64,000 nucleotides of DNA. Source: Shigella phage Silverhawkium. The translations under genes and the position numbers were made by a program. Numbering within the stretch: the first letter of the stretch is position 1; every line of letters starts with the position of its first letter. The stretch is taken from the sequence record MK562505. The stretch is one strand, 5' to 3'. Positions 34,902 to 41,984 of the stretch are shown here, piece after piece. The notes under the pieces are model-generated. The model ran no database searches and was not told the DNA's origin. It worked only from the letters and a program-made list of their open reading frames with translations.

Positions 34902-35699
34902 TTATTTGTTAAGTGCATCTTTCATTTCTGGTGTAGAGATAGAGTCAATAACACCAGTCTTACAAGCATCATCAAACCAGTCTGGTAAGACATTTGCAAG
35001 AAAACCGTTAATGTTTGTCTTAAGATACTCAGCCATCAATGCTACTTCATCAGCAATCATCTGTGTGACTTCTGAAGCGTATGCAGTAATCTTTGACATA
35101 CCTTCATTAATCGCTGTAACAGCTTGTGAGGCTAAATCTTCGATTGTATCAAGCCCTTGGTCAATTGCATCTTGTAAGTCGCTTAGAACGCCGTTTACAG
35201 CGTCTATGGAGGTGTTTATAATCTCCATAGCTTTGTTACCATACTCAGTAGCAACTCCCATAATCCCACTGAATGGCGTACAACCAACTTGTTCACCTGC
35301 TGCTCCCATTACATTAGAGTAGCCTTTTGCCACCTGCATTCGTTGAGAGAACTCATCTACAGATTTCTGACCATACTCAGTCAGTGTAGTGGTTGTTGAA
35401 GTTGTACTGCCAAGACTTGTTGTGAAGCTACTTAAGAGTGCTGCTGTTAATCCAGCCGCAATAAGCTTATCTTGCACAGTCGGGTCTGTTACGGAACTAA
35501 TAGAGTTTACTAATGACTGAGAGGCAGCAATTGTACCACCAAGGACTGCTGCACCAGTAATAAGAGGGTTTGAGAAACCATTACCAGTTTTAAGGAGATT
35601 AAAAATCTCTTTACTTTGTTCTGTCATCTCTTTCATTATGCACCTATAAAGTTGGTAGCCCATCGGGATTTGAACCCTGTTCTCATGTTTTTCAGACAA
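34902..35699 (-). CDS. hypothetical Ala/Ser/Thr-rich protein embedded in tRNA island (265 aa)
   Basis: Long ORF between tRNA genes; low-complexity A/S/T-rich N-terminal half. Confidence 0.4.
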   Translation of the reverse strand: MSEKHENRVQIPMGYQLYRCIMKEMTEQSKEIFNLLKTGNGFSNPLITGAAVLGGTIAASQSLVNSISSVTDPTVQDKLIAAGLTAALLSSFTTSLGSTTSTTTTLTEYGQKSVDEFSQRMQVAKGYSNVMGAAGEQVGCTPFSGIMGVATEYGNKAMEIINTSIDAVNGVLSDLQDAIDQGLDTIEDLASQAVTAINEGMSKITAYASEVTQMIADEVALMAEYLKTNINGFLANVLPDWFDDACKTGVIDSISTPEMKDALNK

Positions 35700-35729
35700 G
35701 CGCTTTAACCATATAAGCTAATTGAGCTA
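35655..35729 (-). tRNA. probable tRNA, isotype uncertain (possibly Phe, anticodon GAA)
   Basis: T-loop TTCAAAT with 3-bp GGG/CCC stem, D-loop ATATGGTTA, loop CTGAAAA; acceptor register ambiguous. Confidence 0.35.
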
Positions 35730-35735
35730 TTAAAT

Positions 35736-35812
35736 TGGGGTGACCTACGGGAATCGAACCCGTATAGACCATGTTCACAGCATGGGTCATTATCCATTTA
35801 TGATAAGGCCAC
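35736..35812 (-). tRNA. tRNA-His (anticodon GTG)
   Basis: Acceptor GTGGCCT/AGGTCAC, anticodon loop CTGTGAA, T-arm ACGGG-TTCGATT-CCCGT, CCA encoded. Confidence 0.7.
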
Positions 35813-35843
35813 ATTTAAGGACTCTCGTAAGAACCCTTAGAAG

Positions 35844-35919
35844 TGGCAGCAGTATAAGGATTTGAACCTTAATCTTTCAGCTTCAGAGGCTGGAGCATTG
35901 CCAGTTATGCTATACTGCT
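35844..35919 (-). tRNA. tRNA-Gln (anticodon CTG)
   Basis: Acceptor AGCAGTA/TACTGCT, D-arm GCAT/ATGC, anticodon loop CTCTGAA. Confidence 0.65.
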
Positions 35920-35925
35920 AATATT

Positions 35926-36004
35926 TGGTACTCCATATCGGATTCGAACCGATACATAACACAGATTTTAAATCTGGCCTCTCTGCCAATTGGAGTAATG
36001 GAGC
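35926..36004 (-). tRNA. tRNA with Leu-type anticodon TAA but short variable arm
   Basis: Acceptor pairs, A14/G18G19/A21 D-loop, anticodon stem CAGA/TCTG with loop TTTAAAA, T-arm ATCGG-TTCGAAT-CCGAT, A73. Confidence 0.5.
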
Positions 36005-36006
36005 CT

Positions 36007-36082
36007 TGGCGGGGGATGATGGAATTGAACCATCTTCTTCGATTTCAAAGACCGAGGTTTTAACCTTGTAAACTAATCCCCT
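36007..36082 (-). tRNA. tRNA-Gln (anticodon TTG)
   Basis: D-arm GTTT/AAAC, anticodon loop CTTTGAA, T-arm GATGG-TTCAATT-CCATC; A1-C72 mismatch. Confidence 0.65.
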
Positions 36083-36090
36083 ATTAAATT

Positions 36091-36167
36091 TGGTGCAGAA
36101 TAGAGGATTCGAACCCCTAACAAACAACTTCGTAGATTGCTGTTCTATCCATTTGAACTAATTCTGC
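36091..36167 (-). tRNA. tRNA-Arg (anticodon ACG)
   Basis: Acceptor GCAGAAT/ATTCTGC perfect, D-arm GTTC/GAAC, anticodon loop CTACGAA. Confidence 0.7.
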
Positions 36168-36168
36168 A

Positions 36169-36411
36169 TTATCCGATAAGGACACCATAAAGTTTTAACT
36201 CTTCATTAGTGTCTCTTCTGCTTAAGACTGACTCTCTAAAATCTTTAGCAATATTCTTTCGAGATTCCTGTCTAGCTCTCTTCTTATCTCTTCTGAGAAA
36301 GCGTTTACGATGGTCTGTACGCCATTTGTAATAATCTTCTTCACCATCATGTGCTGCACAGCAGCCACAACTTGCAATTTCAACTTTACCGTGTCTACCA
36401 TAAGGTTTCAT
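36169..36411 (-). CDS. small basic Cys-cluster protein (80 aa) embedded in tRNA island
   Basis: ORF with SCGCCAAHD cysteine cluster and Arg/Lys-rich C-terminus; abuts tRNA-Arg. Confidence 0.35.
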   Translation of the reverse strand: MKPYGRHGKVEIASCGCCAAHDGEEDYYKWRTDHRKRFLRRDKKRARQESRKNIAKDFRESVLSRRDTNEELKLYGVLIG

Positions 36412-36427
36412 AGGAATCTCCTAAAAT

Positions 36428-36505
36428 TGGTACTCCAAGACGGATTCGAACCGTCACTAATACAAGGTTTGAGCTTGCATCCTCTACCAATTGGGATACT
36501 GGAGC
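36428..36505 (-). tRNA. tRNA with Leu-type anticodon CAA but short variable arm
   Basis: Anticodon stem GCAAG/CTTGT with loop CTCAAAC, T-arm GACGG-TTCGAAT-CCGTC, A73, CCA encoded. Confidence 0.5.
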
Positions 36506-36506
36506 A

Positions 36507-36581
36507 TGGTACTCGCTGAAGAACTTGAATCTTCTTCACCAACTTGTAAGGATGGGGTTTTACCGTATAAACTAAGCGAGC
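36507..36581 (-). tRNA. tRNA-Val (anticodon TAC)
   Basis: Acceptor GCTCGCT/AGCGAGT, D-arm GTTT/AAAC, loop CTTACAA, T-arm GAAGA-TTCAAGT-TCTTC. Confidence 0.6.
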
Positions 36582-36676
36582 TTTGAAGAGGTCTGAAGCT
36601 GTGCCGCTAACTCAACTCCGTGGAATTTGTTACGGTCTTCAGTTGACTCAAGCGGTCTTTCACTTGACCTCAAAAT

Positions 36677-36752
36677 TGGTGCTCCCACAAGGATTCGAAC
36701 CCTGATAAGTTGCTTACAAGGCAACCGTAATAGCCAATTATACGATAAGAGC
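36677..36752 (-). tRNA. tRNA-Thr (anticodon TGT)
   Basis: Anticodon arm GTTGC-CTTGTAA-GCAAC perfect; T-loop TTCGAAT. Confidence 0.7.
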
Positions 36753-36758
36753 ATTATT

Positions 36759-36833
36759 TGGAGCATCCAGAGGGAATCGAACCCTCAACCTCAGTTTGGA
36801 AGACTGTAATTTTCCCGTTTAAACTATGGATGC
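36759..36833 (-). tRNA. tRNA-Gly (anticodon TCC)
   Basis: Acceptor GCATCCA/TGGATGC perfect, loop CTTCCAA, T-arm GAGGG-TTCGATT-CCCTC. Confidence 0.7.
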
Positions 36834-36839
36834 ACTAAT

Positions 36840-36914
36840 TGGTGGAGTCACCGAGAATTGAACTCGGTTCCCAAGTTTGCAAAACTCGAATTTTAACCAT
36901 ATAAACTATGACCC
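36840..36914 (-). tRNA. tRNA-Ala (anticodon TGC)
   Basis: G3-U70 wobble pair in acceptor stem (Ala identity element), loop TTTGCAA, T-arm CCGAG-TTCAATT-CTCGG. Confidence 0.7.
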
Positions 36915-36921
36915 CATTGTT

Positions 36922-36997
36922 TGGTACAGGTGGAGGGAATTGAACCCATCGTCTTACTGATTAAGAGTCAGCCGCATAACCATTTTGCTACACCTGC
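36922..36997 (-). tRNA. tRNA-Lys (anticodon CTT)
   Basis: Acceptor GCAGGTG/CACCTGT, loop CTCTTAA; T-stem only 3 GC pairs. Confidence 0.55.
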
Positions 36998-37004
36998 ATT
37001 AATT

Positions 37005-37081
37005 TGGTACACCTAGAGAGATTCGAACTCACACTGAGCAGATTCTAAGTCTGCTGCCTCTTCCAATTGGGCTATAGGTGC
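37005..37081 (-). tRNA. tRNA with Leu-type anticodon TAG but short variable arm
   Basis: Anticodon arm GCAGA-CTTAGAA-TCTGC perfect, 5-nt variable loop, T-loop TTCGAAT, A73. Confidence 0.5.
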
Positions 37082-37331
37082 ATTAAATCTTTGTAGAGAA
37101 CTGCTAAGACGCCAAAGCAACAATGGTATCAAATGCCTTAACAATTCTCTAAAAAGACCTATTGGCCTTTGCATAGTCTTGCTTAATCCGGTGACTAGAA
37201 CCTTTGGAGAGCTTGATACTATCTCTTCTCCGTGACACCTACTAGGTGCTTTCTCAACATCGTGTACGCCAATACACGGAGGGAAACCTAACGCAACATT
37301 CGAACGGAGCGCGGCTTTAAATCTTATTAGG

Positions 37332-37419
37332 CGGTAAGTAAAGGAGTCGAACCCTCACCGTATCTCTACAGTGGCAACTGTTTTCAAGACAGTTTGGCTA
37401 CCATTAGCCGCTACCTACC
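37332..37419 (-). tRNA. tRNA-Ser (anticodon TGA), long variable arm, CCA not encoded
   Basis: Anticodon arm ACTGT-CTTGAAA-ACAGT perfect, about 20-nt variable arm, T-loop TTCGACT. Confidence 0.65.
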
Positions 37420-37432
37420 CCTAATAAGACTT

Positions 37433-37515
37433 TGGCATGGGACGTAGGATTCGAACCCATTTGAAACGGTTTTGGAGGCCGTCGCACATGCCTTAGTGTC
37501 TTAACATCGTCCCAT
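37433..37515 (-). tRNA. probable tRNA-Trp (anticodon CCA) with atypical extra nucleotides 5' of the D-arm
   Basis: Perfect 7-bp acceptor ATGGGAC/GTCCCAT, anticodon loop CTCCAAA, T-loop TTCGAAT; 83 nt. Confidence 0.4.
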
Positions 37516-37680
37516 ACTATATTTCGAAGCTTACCCTGTTATCTCAACACTGTCAAGCTTCTTCTCAGATTATTTACATGTTCTGGAAAACATGAGATAC
37601 AGACCACCTCCTTATGAGATTGACTCTTTCAAGTCAATGCGGAGACCCATAAAGGTCGTCGTAGTAATCTGCTAACTATT

Positions 37681-37756
37681 TGGCACTCCGTATAGGACTC
37701 GAACCTATATATGAACTGTTTAGAAGACAGTTGCCTATCCTTTAGACTAACGGAGC
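37681..37756 (-). tRNA. tRNA-Arg (anticodon TCT)
   Basis: Anticodon arm ACTGT-CTTCTAA-ACAGT perfect; T-arm ATAGG-TTCGAGT-CCTAT perfect. Confidence 0.7.
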
Positions 37757-38003
37757 ATTATCTTTAAAGGCTCTCTTAGAAAACCCTTAAAGATGCCCAC
37801 TTTATTAATCATACCGTGGGCTAGTACGCCAAATTCTTTAACAGGGAGTTGGAATACCCTGCTGGTGTTTAGCCTATTAAGCTACTGCCAGAAAAACATT
37901 ATCGTTTGCATTTATTTTTAAGTTTTTAAAATAGACGCTACGCTAACGAAAACTAAGGTTATCTTAAAGTGGTCACATCTGAATGTCAACAACTTTATGA
38001 AAT

Positions 38004-38078
38004 TGGTTGTAGGTGAGGGTATCGAACCCTCTTCTAACGGTTATCAGCCGTTTGCATTACCATTTATGCTAACCCACA
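38004..38078 (-). tRNA. tRNA-Ile (anticodon GAT)
   Basis: D-arm GCAT/ATGC, anticodon arm AACGG-CTGATAA-CCGTT, T-arm GAGGG-TTCGATA-CCCTC. Confidence 0.7.
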
Positions 38079-38080
38079 AT

Positions 38081-38157
38081 TGGAGGTTCAGGTGGGAATC
38101 GAACCCACATTCATAGGGCTTATGAAACCCTTGCATTACCTTATCTGCGACTGAACC
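38081..38157 (-). tRNA. tRNA-Met (anticodon CAT)
   Basis: Acceptor GGTTCAG/CTGAACC perfect, loop TTCATAA with G-C-rich anticodon stem. Confidence 0.65.
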
Positions 38158-38161
38158 ATAT

Positions 38162-38237
38162 TGGTAGAAGTGGAGGGATTCGAACCCGTCGCCTGTCAGA
38201 TTAAAAGTCTGCCGCATCACCATTCTGCTACACTTCC
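38162..38237 (-). tRNA. tRNA-Lys (anticodon TTT)
   Basis: Loop CTTTTAA, T-loop TTCGAAT with 3-bp GGG/CCC stem as in tRNA-Lys(CTT). Confidence 0.6.
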
Positions 38238-38424
38238 ATTAAATCATCTTTGCAGTAACCTACGCAAACCTTGCTAAAGGGTTTGTAGAGTCATCTCTTA
38301 GTAAGCTAATCTAGAATCATGCTCAAGAGACTCTTCGGCACTCATGGGACGACTGGTTAGCTCCATAAGTCACTGCAAAGGTGATTACCAGACCGTTGTT
38401 ATCTTAAGTGCTTCCATTACACCA

Positions 38425-38525
38425 ACACGCCGTAACGTGTGAAGGAATCGAACCTTCGCCTTTTCTTTACCAGAGAAATAGATTGTTTAACTTGCTGTAA
38501 ACGGTCTTCTGTAAATTGTTGGAAC
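38425..38525 (-). ncRNA. orphan tRNA-like element (T-arm only) of unknown function
   Basis: Perfect T-arm GAAGG-TTCGATT-CCTTC at 38441-38457 but no matching acceptor, D or anticodon arms; overlaps repeated 24-nt motif. Confidence 0.3.
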
Positions 38526-38659
38526 CAGACCAAGTTTTAAATTTTTCAAAATTAAATTGGCTTGAAATTTTAAGTGACTTGCTGTATTTGGTCTTCTGCT
38601 CCTTTAAAGAATACTCGCAAGAACTCTTTAAGGGAGGGGCTAAATAGCCCTCTCAAAAT

Positions 38660-38736
38660 TGGCGGCTACGATGAGACTTGAACTCACATCATCTCCCGTG
38701 ACAGGGGAGTATTTTCTCCAGTTAAACTACATAGCC
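38660..38736 (-). tRNA. tRNA-Asp (anticodon GTC)
   Basis: Anticodon arm CTCCC-CTGTCAC-GGGAG perfect; T-loop TTCAAGT. Confidence 0.7.
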
Positions 38737-38741
38737 TTTAT

Positions 38742-38829
38742 TGGTGTGCCGTGTAGGAGTCGAACCTACCGAGTCTCAATGACAAGGGATTTACAGTCCC
38801 CACCGCTACCATCTACGGGATAACGACAC
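38742..38829 (-). tRNA. tRNA-Tyr (anticodon GTA), long variable arm
   Basis: 3-bp D-stem, loop CTGTAAA, long variable arm, T-arm GTAGG-TTCGACT-CCTAC. Confidence 0.65.
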
Positions 38830-38838
38830 ATTTAAATT

Positions 38839-38915
38839 TGGCGGTTAGTCAGGGATTCGAACCCTGTACCATTCGGTTAACAGCCGACCGCACATGCCTT
38901 ATGTGCTTCCTAACC
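38839..38915 (-). tRNA. tRNA-Asn (anticodon GTT)
   Basis: D-arm GCAC-ATAAGGCAT-GTGC, loop CTGTTAA, T-arm CAGGG-TTCGAAT-CCCTG. Confidence 0.65.
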
Positions 38916-38998
38916 ATGTTAGTATTACCAGACCGTATCTTTTCATTTTTTCCGATAAAAAATTTTAAGTGTTTGCTGTAAACGGCCTTCTGTAAATT

Positions 38999-39074
38999 TG
39001 GAGGCGGGTGTAGGAGTCGAACCTACCGATACCATGCTAATGAGACATGTGAGACGCCCTTTCTCTATACCCGC
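38999..39074 (-). tRNA. tRNA-Met or Ile2 (anticodon CAT), second copy, with 1:72 mismatch
   Basis: Anticodon arm CATGT-CTCATTA-GCATG; T1-C72 mismatch reminiscent of initiator-type acceptor end. Confidence 0.5.
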
Positions 39075-39162
39075 AATTCTTAATGACCAGACCAAATCTT
39101 TTTTGGATTTCTATGCGCGAAATTGAAAAGTTTGTTTGCTGTAATTGGTCTTCTGTCAAAAC

Positions 39163-39240
39163 TGGCATTCCCGAAGGGACTTGAACCCTCAAACCACACC
39201 TTGAAAGGGTGTTGACTTTACCTAATTTGTCTACGGGAAT
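39163..39240 (-). tRNA. tRNA-Glu (anticodon TTC)
   Basis: Acceptor ATTCCCG/CGGGAAT perfect, anticodon arm ACACC-CTTTCAA-GGTGT perfect. Confidence 0.7.
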
Positions 39241-39246
39241 ATAATT

Positions 39247-39326
39247 TGGTCTCCGTTGAAGGATTTGAACCTTCGACCCCTTGCTCCCAAAGCAAGTGCT
39301 GCTAAACCAAACTGAGCTAAACGGAG
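39247..39326 (-). tRNA. tRNA-Pro (anticodon TGG)
   Basis: Acceptor CTCCGTT/AACGGAG perfect, anticodon arm CTTGC-TTTGGGA-GCAAG, T-arm GAAGG-TTCAAAT-CCTTC. Confidence 0.7.
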
Positions 39327-39444
39327 ATAATCTTTTTAAACTCTATGAAACCACTATAACATTATTTTTTAGTGTTTGTCAAGAGGTTTTTTAAAACATT
39401 TTGAAAATCTTTTAGAAAAACTCTTTTTCGTTTCGATGTAGAAC

Positions 39445-39473
39445 ATCTTACAGGGTATCAACAACATTGTCAA
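39445..39473 (-). promoter_or_regulatory. sigma70-like promoter (TTGACA-17-TAAGAT) at head of tRNA island
   Basis: Read on minus strand; sits between vWA gene stop and first tRNA; spacer forms hairpin AGGGTAT...ATACCCT. Confidence 0.45.
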
Positions 39474-39491
39474 TACCCTTTTTAAAACTTT

Positions 39492-40976
39492 TTACCAATC
39501 GTAACGTTCAGACATAACAGCTTTAAGCATTACGCTAATTGGGTCAAACTTCTCACCACCAAGTAGTGCTTTTAAGGTGGCTGGAGAGAAGCCAGATACC
39601 ATAGCTACTCCGTTATCCTTTACAGATACTTCGCAGTTTCCACCACGATTAGCTAGATACCAGAAAACTAACTGAGGCATCTCATAACCAGACTCTTTAT
39701 ACTTACGACGAATTTCTTCGAAGTTAGTATTACCTCGCTGACCATCAACCTGATTGAACTGCATATCAGAGAATATAATAAGCTTACTTGGCATTGCTTC
39801 TTGAGTCAAGTTATTTTTAACACCAATCTCAAGGATTCGGTCAAAAGCTGCTTGAATGTTTGTTGAACCATACTCAACATTCTTCATAACTTGTCGAATA
39901 CGAGTCTCCAGAGAGCCACTCAGGGAGATAAAGTATGGTCTAGTAGAGTAAACCATTAACTCATCTTTGAAGCATCCTGTGTTGCGTTCTGCTACGTATA
40001 GGGCAAGTGATACACCAATATCTAAAGCAGTTACTGAGCCGTGTTTCTCCCAAGTCATAGAGTCAGATACATCAGCCATGCAAAGGATGTTTTCACCATC
40101 TCTCATCCAGTTTGGCAAAGCTTTCCATTGCTCATTAGCAACATCTGCTCGACCATACCGTACAGACTTCGTAATGTCATAAGGGTAGACAGCACCAGCA
40201 TTGATTTTCTCAGTACCTTCTGACAAAGCCTTTACATATTCTGCATAACGTTCTCCACCTTTTCTGGTGAAAAGCTTCTGGTAACGTGCAGCAGCAAGTG
40301 AAGGTAGTTTGCTATAGTCAATCTCACCAAATGAGTTTGCAGAGATTTTCTGCTCAACTGTATCTGATAGCACTGACAGCATCAGTCGGTACTCTTTCTG
40401 GCTTAGATTTGCAAACTTGCAAAAACGTTTTACAAAATCCATATGACGCTTTTTAACCCTTGGGAGCCACTTAGCAGCCAATGCTGAAGTATCTGGGTTA
40501 AGCAGACCTTGCTCAATATGCTTGAAAGCATCTGTCTCATAACGAGTACCCACAAAGATTTTGAAGTCATCAAAACGACCTAGTTCAGAAATCTTATCCA
40601 TAATACGGAGTACTTGGAACTCGTCAATCATATTTGTTCGGATTGCTTCGGTCATTACAGTCCTGAATGCCTTACGTTCGCCCATACCCTCTCGTGCATC
40701 TCGCATATGAAGGAGGATTCGAACCGCTACATCAACATCCTCTCGCAGAGCCTTGTAAAACAAGTTTGGTAGTGCCTCTGTAGAGTTGCGGCTAGAGCCA
40801 GCAGCCTTATAGAAATCTACCAGTGCAGACATTGAGGACAGGTGGTTTACAGCACCATTCTCAGTCAAACCAGCGTGTAAGTTCGCATGGTTAAATAATT
40901 CGCTCATAATATTCTCTCTTCTCTCATTGTTGTTGGTTAGACAGACTCTAGAGTAACCAATAAAGTCTGTCAACAC
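39492..40976 (-). CDS. von Willebrand factor A (vWA) domain protein, about 490 aa; Ro60/TROVE-like architecture is a hypothesis
   Basis: C-terminal MIDAS-type motif DVSDSM (DxSxS); long helical N-terminal region; function not assignable from sequence. Confidence 0.6.
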   Translation of the reverse strand: MLTDFIGYSRVCLTNNNERRENIMSELFNHANLHAGLTENGAVNHLSSMSALVDFYKAAGSSRNSTEALPNLFYKALREDVDVAVRILLHMRDAREGMGERKAFRTVMTEAIRTNMIDEFQVLRIMDKISELGRFDDFKIFVGTRYETDAFKHIEQGLLNPDTSALAAKWLPRVKKRHMDFVKRFCKFANLSQKEYRLMLSVLSDTVEQKISANSFGEIDYSKLPSLAAARYQKLFTRKGGERYAEYVKALSEGTEKINAGAVYPYDITKSVRYGRADVANEQWKALPNWMRDGENILCMADVSDSMTWEKHGSVTALDIGVSLALYVAERNTGCFKDELMVYSTRPYFISLSGSLETRIRQVMKNVEYGSTNIQAAFDRILEIGVKNNLTQEAMPSKLIIFSDMQFNQVDGQRGNTNFEEIRRKYKESGYEMPQLVFWYLANRGGNCEVSVKDNGVAMVSGFSPATLKALLGGEKFDPISVMLKAVMSERYDW

Positions 40977-40985
40977 ATTTTTAAA

Positions 40986-41357
40986 TTATTTCTTCAGGGT
41001 TGCTACAGCAGAGAACGTTGGTTTGTTGTCTTGTGGTTTTTCTCCACCCTTATCACCAACCTTCTTAGAGTCTTCTGCAATGGCTTTCATCTCACCTGCT
41101 GAGTGAGTCATGATGACTTTCCCAGCTTCCATCATAGATTTTAGCTGAACATCATTTGGTGCAAGACCAAACTCTGCAAGCTTAACAGGGTCTCTGGTAA
41201 CAACTGCCTCAAATAACTTTGCAGCAAACTCTGCTGAGTTGTCAATAGTTAATTGAGCTTTTACAAGAGAGCTTTTGTTACGTGAACCTTTTGGTCTCCC
41301 AGAAGGGTTACCGGATTGACCTTTTTTAAACTGGCCTTTGTTTGTTCTTTTGGTCAT
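40986..41357 (-). CDS. hypothetical basic protein (123 aa)
   Basis: N-terminal Lys/Arg-rich segment with GNPSGRPKG motif. Confidence 0.4.
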   Translation of the reverse strand: MTKRTNKGQFKKGQSGNPSGRPKGSRNKSSLVKAQLTIDNSAEFAAKLFEAVVTRDPVKLAEFGLAPNDVQLKSMMEAGKVIMTHSAGEMKAIAEDSKKVGDKGGEKPQDNKPTFSAVATLKK

Positions 41358-41359
41358 TC

Positions 41360-41520
41360 AACCTCCTACTATGAAGACTTCTTAAAAGGCTTTTAAGATA
41401 AGAGATAGATATCCAGAAAGATATCTGTTTAAATAGCCTTTTTAGAAGAGTCTTTTAAGTTATCTTTTAAGTGTTTTATTAGGCTACATCTTGTCAAGCC
41501 CCTTGTCAAGTAAAATTTTT
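41360..41520. promoter_or_regulatory. divergent regulatory region with AAGAGTCTTTT-family motifs and tandem TTGACA boxes
   Basis: Motifs AAAAGGCTTTTAAG and AGAAGAGTCTTTTAAG match those at 5.0 and 6.4 kb; palindrome AGATATC..GATATCT; two minus-strand TTGACA boxes at 41494-41512. Confidence 0.4.
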
Positions 41521-41534
41521 AAGTTGCAATAGTT

Positions 41535-41563
41535 CTTGACTTGTTGTATGGATTACTGTACCA
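41535..41563 (+). promoter_or_regulatory. possible sigma70-like promoter (TTGACT-17-TACCAT)
   Basis: Hexamers upstream of plus-strand gene series starting near 41751. Confidence 0.3.
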
Positions 41564-41750
41564 TCTTACTAAAGCTGTAGGTCTGCCTTGTCTACAAAGG
41601 AGACTTAATGAGAAAACAATCGAAAAAGAAGAAAGGTAATAATACCAATCACTGTAAGGAATCAAAACGTGTGGAAGCAATCCACTATACATCCTCTGAA
41701 ATTGGTTTGTACCTATACTTTCAAAATTATAGAAAACAAGAGGATTACTT

Positions 41751-41984
41751 ATGTGTAGCTCCCAATTAGAAATCACAGATATTATTGATTTGTACCAAAC
41801 TGCAAAGAGTCATGGCTATATCACTTCGGTAGGAAAGAATAAGCACTATGATGCTTTAACTGGTATGTATTTCAGAGCAATTGCTCAATCTAGTGAACAA
41901 GTGTTAATGGTTTCTTCCAGTGAATTTGCTTCTTTTCTCTATTGCAGCAAAATTATCAATCGTAGGAGAACTGATAAATGTTAA
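41751..41984 (+). CDS. hypothetical protein (77 aa)
   Basis: First ORF of plus-strand gene series. Confidence 0.35.
   Translation: MCSSQLEITDIIDLYQTAKSHGYITSVGKNKHYDALTGMYFRAIAQSSEQVLMVSSSEFASFLYCSKIINRRRTDKC

Noticed and set aside
34704-34988. 94-aa plus-strand ORF
   Set aside because: Overlaps tRNA-Cys and tRNA-Ser on the opposite strand; translation artefact.
36588-36670. Possible additional tRNA between tRNA-Val and tRNA-Thr
   Set aside because: Terminal inverted repeat gaggtc...gacctc is present, but no canonical D-arm or T-loop could be folded in either orientation; left unannotated.
35926-37081. Reading the three short-arm leucine-anticodon tRNAs as ochre/amber suppressor tRNAs
   Set aside because: Anticodons read as UAA, CAA and UAG, which decode the sense codons UUA, UUG and CUA, not stop codons; a fold-register error is still possible.
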